Virus record (IMG/VR): IMGVR_UViG_3300035039_000184
Length of the DNA: 56,665 nucleotides
Strand: one strand, 5' to 3'
Source of the DNA: a virus
Shown one piece after another: positions 32,617 through 40,124 of the stretch (position 1 is the stretch's first letter; each line of letters begins with the position of its first letter). Position numbers and translations under genes: made by a program. The notes beneath the pieces were generated by a model. It was not told where the DNA came from. It was given only the letters and a program-made list of their open reading frames with translations, and searched no databases.

Positions 32617-32890
32617 AGGTTCAATGAATGTGGCTTTGAGTGATATGGTAGATACGGTTATGAGACTTGACCGTGAAAACGCACGGTTGAGGGAGGCTAT
32701 TACTGAATTTGCCAAAGCCGACAAGGGGTTGAGAAGGGACTACACAGAATATTGCGATGAAGAAGGTTACCCACCAGACTGGGTTTACGAGGAAGACGAA
32801 GCCTTTCACAATATGTGGGATAAGGCAGTAGCCAATCTTCTCGAAATAGCAGAAGAAGCCTTAAAGGGAGGTGGGGAGTGTAATGATTAA
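32603..32890 (+). CDS. paralogue family B member 2
   Basis: RENARLREAI (23-mer at 32675-32697) and EIAEEALKGGGE. Confidence 0.55.
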   Translation: MMKDKGSMNVALSDMVDTVMRLDRENARLREAITEFAKADKGLRRDYTEYCDEEGYPPDWVYEEDEAFHNMWDKAVANLLEIAEEALKGGGECND

Positions 32891-33146
32891 TTGGTTAAGA
32901 AAACTTTTTAAAAAACAAGAGAACTCGGTCAAACTAAACAATACAGGAGACTCTTTGACTGAAGTACAGTTTACATGTGCTTGTGAGAAAGGTGTTGGGT
33001 GGATAGCTAAAGACAGATTGACAGAACCATGTCCCTATTGTGGCAGGATGTATATCGGCAAATATAATCCCAAAACATACACAATAGATACTGTTGAAGT
33101 GTCAGAATATTGGGTAGCTTGCCAAGATTGGGGAGGTGGGGAATGA
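32883..33146 (+). CDS. hypothetical zinc-ribbon-like small protein
   Basis: ATG at 32883 after the SD gggaggtgggga. Contains CAC...CPYC. Confidence 0.5.
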   Translation: MINWLRKLFKKQENSVKLNNTGDSLTEVQFTCACEKGVGWIAKDRLTEPCPYCGRMYIGKYNPKTYTIDTVEVSEYWVACQDWGGGE

Positions 33147-33457
33147 TGGAAGACCGTAAATATATAACTGATTTTGTAAAAGCGGTGTATCCGGAATCAA
33201 CGGAACTTTCCATGATGGCGAACAGAGAGAAGGAATGTTTGCAAGACGCAACAACTTTAATAACACAACTTAAAGCAGCAAATGAATGTTTCAAAGCTGA
33301 GAACACACGGTTGAGGGAAGCTTTGAGGTGGGTGAATATGAGTCTGTGTGCTTATTTAGACCATGCTCCGGCCAATCTCAAGGAGTTGGCATATTATCCT
33401 GAGAAGGCTGTATCGAATGCGTTTAGATTATTGGAGGGCAATGATGAGGGATATTAA
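33143..33457 (+). CDS. paralogue family B member 3
   Basis: KAENTRLREAL (33301-33321) and the C-terminal LLEGNDEGY. Confidence 0.55.
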   Translation: MMEDRKYITDFVKAVYPESTELSMMANREKECLQDATTLITQLKAANECFKAENTRLREALRWVNMSLCAYLDHAPANLKELAYYPEKAVSNAFRLLEGNDEGY

Positions 33458-33914
33458 GTTTCGAGGTAAACGAGTAGATACAGGTGAGTGGGCGTATGGA
33501 CACCTCTTTAGCGAAGGATGTTACTGTTTTATTATTGGAAACGATTCTGATACTGAGTGGAATATCGATCTCGGTGTTTATTTAATCAATGGCAATGGAA
33601 TGATAGAAATAGACCCAGCAACCGTAGGGGAATACACCGGACTCACTCTCAGCGATGGGACAGACATTTATGAGGGTGATGTCCTGAGACTGTATGGCGA
33701 AGAACCTTACGACAATGGAGTTGTCGGCATGGATTATGACTGGGAGTTTTTCGGAACAGTGGTGTTTCAGGATGGCTCATTTGTAGTGCAGGAATTTAGT
33801 GACAAGTGCTGCATCTGGATAGACGCAATATTCTGTGAAGATATTGACGTTGAGAAGCTTGGCAACATTCACGATAACCCGGAGCTGGTGTTTGGAGAAG
33901 AGGTGGAACAATGA
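33441..33914 (+). CDS. YopX-family protein
   Basis: N-terminus MMRDIKFRGKRVDTGEWAYGHL and C-terminus GNIHDNPEL, characteristic of YopX. Confidence 0.7.
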   Translation: MMRDIKFRGKRVDTGEWAYGHLFSEGCYCFIIGNDSDTEWNIDLGVYLINGNGMIEIDPATVGEYTGLTLSDGTDIYEGDVLRLYGEEPYDNGVVGMDYDWEFFGTVVFQDGSFVVQEFSDKCCIWIDAIFCEDIDVEKLGNIHDNPELVFGEEVEQ

Positions 33915-34195
33915 CACCAGTGGAGACTAAGCAGCAGGTTCGAAAGATCCTCATTGCAAACCTCGGACCGACAGTCAGGGAATTGAGGCAGGATCTTGGG
34001 TACACGGTTGGGGATTTTGCGAAGGATATTGGAGTGGCGAGGCATGCAATAGACTCCTGCGAGAAGCAGCAGGGTATACCTACAATGGTCAATCTCGCCG
34101 TAATAGCTATGGGTTTCGGGATGACACTGGCGGAACTGTGCCAGGCCGTCATGGACAGGATAGCTCGTGAAAGACAGAAAGGAGAACAGTCATGA
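33911..34195 (+). CDS. XRE-family HTH transcriptional regulator
   Basis: LGYTVGDFAKDIGVARHAIDSCEKQQGIPTMVNLAVIAMGFGMTLAEL resembles an HTH_3 domain. Confidence 0.65.
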   Translation: MTPVETKQQVRKILIANLGPTVRELRQDLGYTVGDFAKDIGVARHAIDSCEKQQGIPTMVNLAVIAMGFGMTLAELCQAVMDRIARERQKGEQS

Positions 34196-34686
34196 GAGGA
34201 TTTAACAAGGCGATACTGATAGGCAACCTGACAGGAGCACCGGAACTGAGATACACACAGTCAAAAAAAGGAGTGGCCACGTTTACGGTCGCAAGCAACC
34301 GGACATGGAAGGATAAGGAAGGAAAGACTCAGGAGGACGCTGACTTCTTGAGGGTGGTTACCTGGGGAGCGACAGCCGAAAACTGCGAGAGATATCTGTC
34401 GAAAGGTTCTCCAGTCCTTGTCGAGGGCAGGATCCAGAGCCGAAGCTACGATGACAAGCAGGGGAACAAGAGGTACATAACCGAGATAGTGGCACAGAAC
34501 GTAACATTCCTGGGGACAAAGAGCGACAGCAGCGGCGGCGGCGAAAAGAGCAGTGGAGGCGGACAGAAACAGAGTAACTTTGCGAGTGCGAGGGACAAAG
34601 GGTTTGATGAAGAGGAATTTCCGATGGACATAAGTGAGGAGGTGGATGCAGAGAATGAAGAGGAAGAAGTCGACATCCCATTTTAA
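34192..34686 (+). CDS. ssb: single-stranded DNA-binding protein
   Basis: OB-fold N-terminus NKAILIGNLTGAPELRYT, a G/S-rich linker and an acidic tail ending DIPF. Confidence 0.9.
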   Translation: MRGFNKAILIGNLTGAPELRYTQSKKGVATFTVASNRTWKDKEGKTQEDADFLRVVTWGATAENCERYLSKGSPVLVEGRIQSRSYDDKQGNKRYITEIVAQNVTFLGTKSDSSGGGEKSSGGGQKQSNFASARDKGFDEEEFPMDISEEVDAENEEEEVDIPF

Positions 34687-34939
34687 CACCGGGAAAACCT
34701 ATAACAGCAGACCCAGGAAGGGCGGCTGGAATCCCGGACCTCTGGTCAAGTGGAGGAAGATAAACGGGTTCTCTACAAAGGAGGTCGCCGAGTCTATAGG
34801 TGTAGGAGAGAGACAGTACGCCAGATATGAGACCGGCAGAAACGAGCCGGCAATTATAACGCTGAAAAAGATCATAGACCTGACCGGCATAAAACCGATG
34901 GACCTTATGAGAGAGATCCCGGAAGAGGATGAAGAGTGA
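34646..34939 (+). CDS. XRE-family HTH protein (start uncertain: 34634, 34646 or 34655)
   Basis: KWRKINGFSTKEVAESIGVGERQYARYETGRNEPAIITLKKIIDLTG resembles an HTH_3 domain. The 5' end overlaps the ssb 3' end. Confidence 0.6.
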   Translation: MQRMKRKKSTSHFNTGKTYNSRPRKGGWNPGPLVKWRKINGFSTKEVAESIGVGERQYARYETGRNEPAIITLKKIIDLTGIKPMDLMREIPEEDEE

Positions 34940-35361
34940 TGTATGTTCTTTCTATCCCGAGCACCGAGGCAGTCCTTGTGGTCACTGGGCATAAAAACAT
35001 ACTAAACAAGGGATTCGGTTGCCCGGATCGGGTTCTCGGAAAGAGGTTTCTTGTCCACAGTTCCGGGACATCGGACATGAAAAAGATCGAGGACTCAATT
35101 CCGGAAGGTATAGAGAAGGGTCCCATCCTGAATGATCCTCAGGTCCAGAGGCTTATCACCGTCTCGGAGGGGGTTATAGGATCTGTACTGCTCGCTCAGT
35201 GCATACACGAGACATCCTCCCCATGGGCGGATAAGTACGGGGCCAAGTGGGACCTCCGAGATCCGGCAGCATTTGAGAACGTATATCACTGCAGGGGCCA
35301 TTACGGATTTTTCGAGATTGACGAAGATCTGATTCAAAAAGAGGAGGCAATAAATGAATAG
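34939..35361 (+). CDS. ASCH/PUA-like domain protein
   Basis: VLSIPSTEAVLVVTGHKNILNKGFG..VLGKRFLVHSS resembles the ASCH N-terminal pattern lSI.qPwa.lI..G.K..E.R......G..l.IHa. Confidence 0.45.
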   Translation: MYVLSIPSTEAVLVVTGHKNILNKGFGCPDRVLGKRFLVHSSGTSDMKKIEDSIPEGIEKGPILNDPQVQRLITVSEGVIGSVLLAQCIHETSSPWADKYGAKWDLRDPAAFENVYHCRGHYGFFEIDEDLIQKEEAINE

Positions 35362-35893
35362 CGACAGGCTCAAAGAAGCAGCAATGGATGTGTGCAACAT
35401 GTTCCTGGAAGTATCATCGGTTGGAGATAACGGGAAAAGAAGCCCTCTTTCAGTGGAATATGCAGTGGAGAAAGACGATTCCTTGGGTTCAGGTGTTACG
35501 AATTCTGTTAGATTGGTTGAGGCAATGAAGAGTTCCAGGGTGGGGCTAAAGCTCGTAAGGCTGTATGAGCTTGCCTCCAATGTGAATGATTCCGAAGAGG
35601 GAATCTGTGAATGCCAGGAAGAGGACTCCCTCCCCGATAAACTGGGACTCTACGACGTGCAAAGCAGGATAGTAAGCGAGCAGTTCGAGACCTTTGGCAA
35701 GACTACGGTGGGACATTTTACCCTGGTTAACGGATTTGAGATCGTGACAAGCTCTGCCTGTGTGGATCCTGCCAATTACGACCATGAAATAGGATGTAAT
35801 CTCTGCAGGAACCATGCTATAGACAAGATCTGGGAACTTGAGGGATATCTACTACAACAAAAACGATACGAGGTGAATAATAACTATGCATAA
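35354..35893 (+). CDS. N4 Gp49 / Sf6 gene 66 family protein
   Basis: TVGHFTLVNGFEIVTSSACVDPANYDHEIGCNLCRNHAIDKIWELEGYLL matches that family's core. Confidence 0.6.
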   Translation: MNSDRLKEAAMDVCNMFLEVSSVGDNGKRSPLSVEYAVEKDDSLGSGVTNSVRLVEAMKSSRVGLKLVRLYELASNVNDSEEGICECQEEDSLPDKLGLYDVQSRIVSEQFETFGKTTVGHFTLVNGFEIVTSSACVDPANYDHEIGCNLCRNHAIDKIWELEGYLLQQKRYEVNNNYA

Positions 35894-36305
35894 AAGGGCA
35901 CTCGCACCGCACAACCTGAGGACGTTGACAAAGGAGCACTATTACGACGCAGGGCTTGATATCGCCGCACTGGAGGACACTACAATCCCTGCAAGAGGCA
36001 GGGCAATGGTCAGTACGGGAGTGACTCTGGCTGTTCCGGAGGGGAGTGTGGGCCTTTTATGGTCCCGGTCGGGCATGAGCGCGAAGCACGGAATAGAGTG
36101 CGGAGCCGGATGTATAGACTCCACGTATCGGGGAGAGGTCAAGGTGGTTCTTTATAATCACACCGACGAGGACTACCAGGTCAAAAGGGGAGACAGGATA
36201 GCGCAGCTGCTGACGATTCCGATTGATCCTGATCCTTACGAGAGGGTTGCCGAACTGTCGGAGACAAAGAGAGGCACAGGCGGTTTCGGTTCGACGGGAG
36301 CGTGA
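35886..36305 (+). CDS. dut: dUTP diphosphatase
   Basis: AGLDI, GRAMVSTGV, SRSGMSAKHGI, IDSTYRGEV, GDRIAQL and RGTGGFGSTG are the five dUTPase motifs. Confidence 0.9.
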   Translation: MHKRALAPHNLRTLTKEHYYDAGLDIAALEDTTIPARGRAMVSTGVTLAVPEGSVGLLWSRSGMSAKHGIECGAGCIDSTYRGEVKVVLYNHTDEDYQVKRGDRIAQLLTIPIDPDPYERVAELSETKRGTGGFGSTGA

Positions 36306-36309
36306 TCAG

Positions 36310-36795
36310 ATGATATATGTAGGTATAGATCCAGGGTTCAAGGGTGCGATATCTGCGATAAACTCAGAGGGAGACCTGATCTGTCTACACGACATGCCCG
36401 TCATAAGCGACGGACGTAAGAATCATTACAACGCTGCCATGATGGTAGACATCCTCCGGAAGCTGTCTCTGGAGGGCAAGCTCCATGCAATGCTGGAACG
36501 CTCACAGGCCATGCCCGGTCAGGGCGTGACCAGTATGATGAAAATAGGCATAGGATATGGAGTCTGGCTCGGCATTTTCGCCGGGCTGGAGATCCCCTTT
36601 TCAACCGTCCGGCCTCACGAGTGGGTACGTAAAATTCTTTCAGGGCTGCCCGGCAAGGGCAAGGAGAGATCCGTTCTCTGGGTGCAGCAGAATTTTCCGG
36701 AGGCTGAGCTGACTCCCGGCAGATGTCGAAAACCAAAGGACGGCCGGGCTGACGCAATCTGTCTCGCAAAATACGCACAATCGGTTGTGGTCTAA
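36310..36795 (+). CDS. RuvC-like Holliday junction resolvase
   Basis: ATG at 36310. IYVGIDPGFKGAI (catalytic D), ..LERSQAMPGQGVTS.. and ..DGRADAICLA, the phage RuvC-family pattern. Confidence 0.7.
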   Translation: MIYVGIDPGFKGAISAINSEGDLICLHDMPVISDGRKNHYNAAMMVDILRKLSLEGKLHAMLERSQAMPGQGVTSMMKIGIGYGVWLGIFAGLEIPFSTVRPHEWVRKILSGLPGKGKERSVLWVQQNFPEAELTPGRCRKPKDGRADAICLAKYAQSVVV

Positions 36796-37212
36796 ATGGG
36801 TCCGAAAATCCTGGAGGCAGCTGAAGAGGTTCTGAAGAGCGTGAAGGCCTGGCGAAGGGAATACGAGCAGCAGAAGAAATACATCGAAGAAAAGTGCATG
36901 GGCGGATCCTGCATGAGCGACAAGATAGACGGCGGCGACATGACGGCACAGCAGGAGAGAATCTCGGACCAGATAGCAGAGGACGTGACATGCCAGTCCC
37001 TGCTGGAGAGAATAAATGTGGCCATGAGAGGGGTACAGGGAGTGAAGGAATTCGATGAACTGCACGGAGATATTCTGATGTCCCTGATCCTGCAAAAGCA
37101 CCAGGACAGCGTATGTACGGAGCTCAATATATCGAGAGCGAGATATTACAGGAACAAAAAGCAAGCCCTTGTTGAGCTTGCACCCAGGATATTTGGAGAG
37201 ATAGGGAGATGA
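36796..37212 (+). CDS. ArpU/RinA-like sigma-related late transcription regulator
   Basis: The C-terminal LNISRARYYRNKKQALVELAPRIFG resembles a sigma region-4 HTH as in ArpU-family regulators. It is the last gene of the early/middle operon. Confidence 0.5.
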   Translation: MGPKILEAAEEVLKSVKAWRREYEQQKKYIEEKCMGGSCMSDKIDGGDMTAQQERISDQIAEDVTCQSLLERINVAMRGVQGVKEFDELHGDILMSLILQKHQDSVCTELNISRARYYRNKKQALVELAPRIFGEIGR

Positions 37213-37214
37213 AA

Positions 37215-37250
37215 AAGGGAGCCCGAAATGGACTCCCTTTTATTATTTAT
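37215..37250 (+). terminator. rho-independent terminator (+ strand)
   Basis: Stem aagggag/ctccctt, followed by ttattatttattattt. Confidence 0.6.
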
Positions 37251-37269
37251 TATTTGTTTAGCTGCCTCA

Positions 37270-37294
37270 TAAAAAAAGAGGGCCGAAGCCCTCT
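37270..37294 (-). terminator. rho-independent terminator (- strand)
   Basis: On the - strand: agagggc ttcg gccctct followed by ttttttt. It overlaps the stop codon of the HTH gene. Confidence 0.65.
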
Positions 37295-37436
37295 ATATCA
37301 ACTTGTCGATCTCTTTTTGCTCAACCACCCACATAAACCCGATCTTCTGCCCTTTGATCCGTCCCTGTCGGCACAACCGACGGAGGTAGGATTCCGACAC
37401 TCCGACGAGTTGTGAGGCTTGTTTGAGGGTTAGCAT
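37293..37436 (-). CDS. 47-aa excisionase/MerR-type HTH (HTH_17-like) protein, copy 1
   Basis: MLTLKQASQLVGVSESYLRRLCRQGRIKGQKIGFMWVVEQKEIDKLI. It overlaps the upstream gene end by 7 nt. It is below the ORF-track cut-off and ~95% identical at DNA level to copy 2. Confidence 0.7.
   Translation of the reverse strand: MLTLKQASQLVGVSESYLRRLCRQGRIKGQKIGFMWVVEQKEIDKLI
37297..37436. repeat. direct repeat copy 1 (~140 nt, pairs with 38701..38839)
   Basis: Aligned by eye there are about 7 mismatches over ~140 nt. The copies are ~1.4 kb apart in direct orientation. Confidence 0.8.
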
Positions 37437-37792
37437 GGTTGTTCCATCTTTTTGTCAATCCCATCAATAATCTCTCGATGGGAAGGTCCATCTTTCCACA
37501 AAAGCCACTGTTTATACAATTTCTTTACAGCTTGCGGGAAGGTTTTTGCTTCTCCGGAATGGGCACGTACTGGCCCGCCCATAAGAGTCACGCTCCACCA
37601 TCCACCGCAGTATCTGGCTTCCAGAGTGTGGTGTAAATGCCCGCTGTTTGTCATCTCTTCTATCATTTCTTCTATCCACTCCATTTTTGCAACACTCCCT
37701 ATAGGATTATCCGCTCTTAGTAAAAGCCCTCTCGCCACGTCAAGGCGGCGGATTTTGAGAGGGTGCCGGGGCAAGCCCGGCAGGGTTAGCAT
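37430..37792 (-). CDS. paralogue family A member 3 (C-terminal part), N-terminus derived from an HTH-gene start
   Basis: TAATG overlap with the upstream gene. It begins ATGCTAACCCT, identical to both HTH gene starts. The C-terminus WSVTLMGG..AVKKLYKQWLLWKDG parallels 30137..30508. Confidence 0.55.
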   Translation of the reverse strand: MLTLPGLPRHPLKIRRLDVARGLLLRADNPIGSVAKMEWIEEMIEEMTNSGHLHHTLEARYCGGWWSVTLMGGPVRAHSGEAKTFPQAVKKLYKQWLLWKDGPSHREIIDGIDKKMEQPC

Positions 37793-38664
37793 TATAATCT
37801 CACTTCCTTAAATACGGGTGGTTTTTCTGATAACAGGTCTAAACAATCTTTTTCAAAATCTGTTAATTTTCGGGCTTTCCCTGTAGGATACACATTCCAA
37901 TAATCACCATCTCTAAGTCCGCCCGGTTCTACTCCTTCAGCCACTGCATACGCAGGGTTGATAACGTATCCAACATCAAAAATATTTCTGCAATGGAATT
38001 TGAGTTCTTCATCTGTGTTTTTATTCTTGCATTTCACTATAGCTATGTAATCCGGCCCCTCTCCGCCTTTGATAGTTTTTCTTTCAAGGATCTCTGTTTC
38101 TATGTGCTGATATTTTTCGTTGATTCTCTTTTCTTCTTCTTGCTTTTTTTCTTTGACTATTCTCTTTCTTTCTTCACGTGCCTTTTCTTTCGCAATCTCT
38201 TTATCAAACTGCTCTTTCACATGTTCTTCTGTTATCCCGTCTATTTCATAATATTTTGCGATCTGCTTTATTTCATCTTCAAGTTTTCTATCATCGATGG
38301 TTACTTCATGCGATTCCCAGCCATGAACAAAAAAGGTATGATAATGTGAAAAATGTTCTTCTTGGAGTGCTCCGTATCCTTGTTTTACTTCTTTGATCCA
38401 GTCCTGCATATCCTCTGTGATCTTTATAGATGCCGTGCCATCGGGAGATTCAGAGCATGAAAATTTGATACCTTCAAGAAAGTTTCCGTCTTTGTCTCTA
38501 AGAGTCCTTAGTTCTCCGTCTTTAATTTCTATTTTTTTACTCCCAGTATCTGCCCAGCCAGTGAAAACAAGATTAGTGCGGAGGAATTCGTCTTTAAAGT
38601 TCGCTGTGATCTCAACTTCTGCATTTTTAGATGTTTTCCCTTTGTAAGTTTTTATTGCCTTCAT
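37792..38664 (-). CDS. hypothetical protein with central K/E-rich coiled coil
   Basis: 290-aa ORF with SD aagggggagaaa upstream. No family recognised. Confidence 0.55.
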   Translation of the reverse strand: MKAIKTYKGKTSKNAEVEITANFKDEFLRTNLVFTGWADTGSKKIEIKDGELRTLRDKDGNFLEGIKFSCSESPDGTASIKITEDMQDWIKEVKQGYGALQEEHFSHYHTFFVHGWESHEVTIDDRKLEDEIKQIAKYYEIDGITEEHVKEQFDKEIAKEKAREERKRIVKEKKQEEEKRINEKYQHIETEILERKTIKGGEGPDYIAIVKCKNKNTDEELKFHCRNIFDVGYVINPAYAVAEGVEPGGLRDGDYWNVYPTGKARKLTDFEKDCLDLLSEKPPVFKEVRL

Positions 38665-38692
38665 TTTTTTCTCCCCCTTGATTTTTAAATTG

Positions 38693-38839
38693 TTACTTAA
38701 TCAACTTGTCGATCTCTTTTTGCTCAACCACCCACATAAACCCGATCTTCTGCCCTTTGATCCGTCCCTGGCGGCACAACCGCCGGAGGTAGGATTCCGA
38801 CACTCCGACGATTGTTGAGGCTTGCTTGAGGGTTAGCAT
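38693..38839 (-). CDS. 48-aa excisionase/MerR-type HTH (HTH_17-like) protein, copy 2
   Basis: MLTLKQASTIVGVSESYLRRLCRQGRIKGQKIGFMWVVEQKEIDKLIK. ATG lies 1 nt after the upstream stop. The longer ORF-track start at 38881 is rejected. Confidence 0.7.
   Translation of the reverse strand: MLTLKQASTIVGVSESYLRRLCRQGRIKGQKIGFMWVVEQKEIDKLIK
38701..38839. repeat. direct repeat copy 2 (pairs with 37297..37436)
   Basis: See copy 1. Confidence 0.8.
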
Positions 38840-38840
38840 G

Positions 38841-39413
38841 TTAGTTGTCCCCTTTTCCCACATCATTCTTTGCCCAGTCAACTATTTCATCAATCGGGGC
38901 AGTTGCAACCCATTCGATATGCTCATCCCAGTTTGACCAGTCGTAGAAAATAATGTCTTCGTATTTTTGTAGTTCAGGAATATTGTTTACTCGCTCGTGT
39001 GCTTCATGGTCCCAATGTTCTCTGACAAAATCACCAAAATCATCAAAATCATCAACATCGCTTACATCAGCGTCAGGGAAAGACGTGTAGTCTATCTGGA
39101 AGTCGGTAAACTTTACGAGAAGAAATAAATTAGTTTCGTTAATCTCAATATTCTGGCTGCTCAAAAGTTCTCTTGCTGTTGTCATTTTCGTTTCCCCCTT
39201 ATAATTTTTCTTCCACTCGCTAATTTCATTGAGTGGTGCGGTTGCTACCCATTCAAGACGATCACGGAAGTCATTGTTATTCTCAACATTTACATCTGCG
39301 TCTGGGAACTGTTGGTAATCTATATCGGAGTCTGTGTATTTAGTGAGTAGGAATAGATTAGTCTCATTAACTTCCAAGTTCTGGCTGCTCAAAAATTCTC
39401 TTGCTGTTGTCAT
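38841..39413 (-). CDS. strongly acidic protein made of two tandem homologous modules (DNA-mimic / anti-defence candidate)
   Basis: ATG at 39413 with SD aaggggg. Module 1 runs 39186-39413 and module 2 runs 38841-39185. Both start MTTARE(F/L)LSSQN(L/I)E(V/I)NETNLFLL and contain FPDADV and EWVATAP. The internal Met (39185) has its own aaggggg SD. The protein is very D/E-rich. Confidence 0.65.
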   Translation of the reverse strand: MTTAREFLSSQNLEVNETNLFLLTKYTDSDIDYQQFPDADVNVENNNDFRDRLEWVATAPLNEISEWKKNYKGETKMTTARELLSSQNIEINETNLFLLVKFTDFQIDYTSFPDADVSDVDDFDDFGDFVREHWDHEAHERVNNIPELQKYEDIIFYDWSNWDEHIEWVATAPIDEIVDWAKNDVGKGDN

Positions 39414-39437
39414 TTTGCTTACCCCCTTATGTATTTG

Positions 39438-39485
39438 TGTTCCTCGTTCGGAACAATTATAGTATAGTACCACGCTCGGAACTTG
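39438..39485 (-). promoter_or_regulatory. promoter region with repeated TCGGAAC/GTTCCGA operator-like motifs
   Basis: A - strand TATAAT (39461..39456) is flanked by GTTCCGA at 39454..39448 and 39482..39476. The proximal copy is part of the inverted repeat GTTCC-N6-GGAAC (39439-39454). Confidence 0.4.
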
Positions 39486-39599
39486 TATATAGGTCTTAAG
39501 ACCCATAAAAACAACAAAAACATGAGTCTCAGGTCTCATCTTTGATCTGAAAGGCAATAATTAGACATTCCTGGGTATACCATTCTCGGGAAAAAAGAG

Positions 39600-39660
39600 G
39601 TAAAATACTACAATAGGGAGGAGGGAGGGGCAATATCTATCATCTTACCCACTCCCTCCG
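39600..39660 (-). terminator. hairpin terminator between the two - strand units
   Basis: Stem ggagggag(ggg)/(ccc)actccctcc (39620-39630 / 39648-39659). On the - strand a T-rich tract tattgtagtatttta follows. Confidence 0.4.
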
Positions 39661-39708
39661 GAAAAACTTCATATCTGAGCTATGCTACAGAACGGTAGTT
39701 GAAAATCC

Positions 39709-39906
39709 TTAAATCCTTTCCCACCTTCCTGGATAGCTGCGATAATCGTATTTCTTCGCTTTAGATTCCCTGAGCTCCCTACGAAAATTCCCCAGGAACC
39801 TCAAAAACAGTGATCCAAGAAACATCCCGAGAAAACCTACAGATCCTGCATATAGGAAAACAAGAAACAAAAACCTCCAGAATTCAACTTCAGTCATCGT
39901 GATCAT
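39709..39906 (-). CDS. 65-aa membrane protein
   Basis: Hydrophobic WRFLFLVFLYAGSVGFLGMFLGSLFLRFL followed by a basic tail. ATGA-type overlap with the upstream gene. Confidence 0.5.
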   Translation of the reverse strand: MITMTEVEFWRFLFLVFLYAGSVGFLGMFLGSLFLRFLGNFRRELRESKAKKYDYRSYPGRWERI

Positions 39907-40124
39907 ACCAAAATCCTCTCCTTTTCAAGGAAAAATAAATAGCTTTCTTCGAGAAAACTTCCGTTGATGTTTCTGCTGTTGATCAGGTTGACAACTTCCT
40001 CCCTGTCTCTCTGATCAATAACATTTCCGGCATGATCGGAACATCGTAAAACGGATTTTCCATTCAGGTTTGTGCTAATAGTAATGTCTACAGAGTTGCA
40101 GTTTTTTGTGAGGTAAATAGTCAT
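39903..40124 (-). CDS. 73-aa hypothetical protein
   Basis: ATG at 40124 is preceded by ggaagggagag. The ORF-track GTG start at 40157 has no SD. Confidence 0.45.
   Translation of the reverse strand: MTIYLTKNCNSVDITISTNLNGKSVLRCSDHAGNVIDQRDREEVVNLINSRNINGSFLEESYLFFLEKERILV

Noticed and set aside
37209-37415. 68-aa + strand ORF after the ArpU-like gene.
   Set aside because: It spans two terminators and is antisense to the well-supported HTH gene 37293..37436.
37293-38839. Excisionase-type HTH genes as evidence for a temperate, integrating lifestyle.
   Set aside because: No integrase, recombinase, attP-like element or partition gene was recognised anywhere in the closed genome. A regulator (Aca-like) role fits the operon context better.
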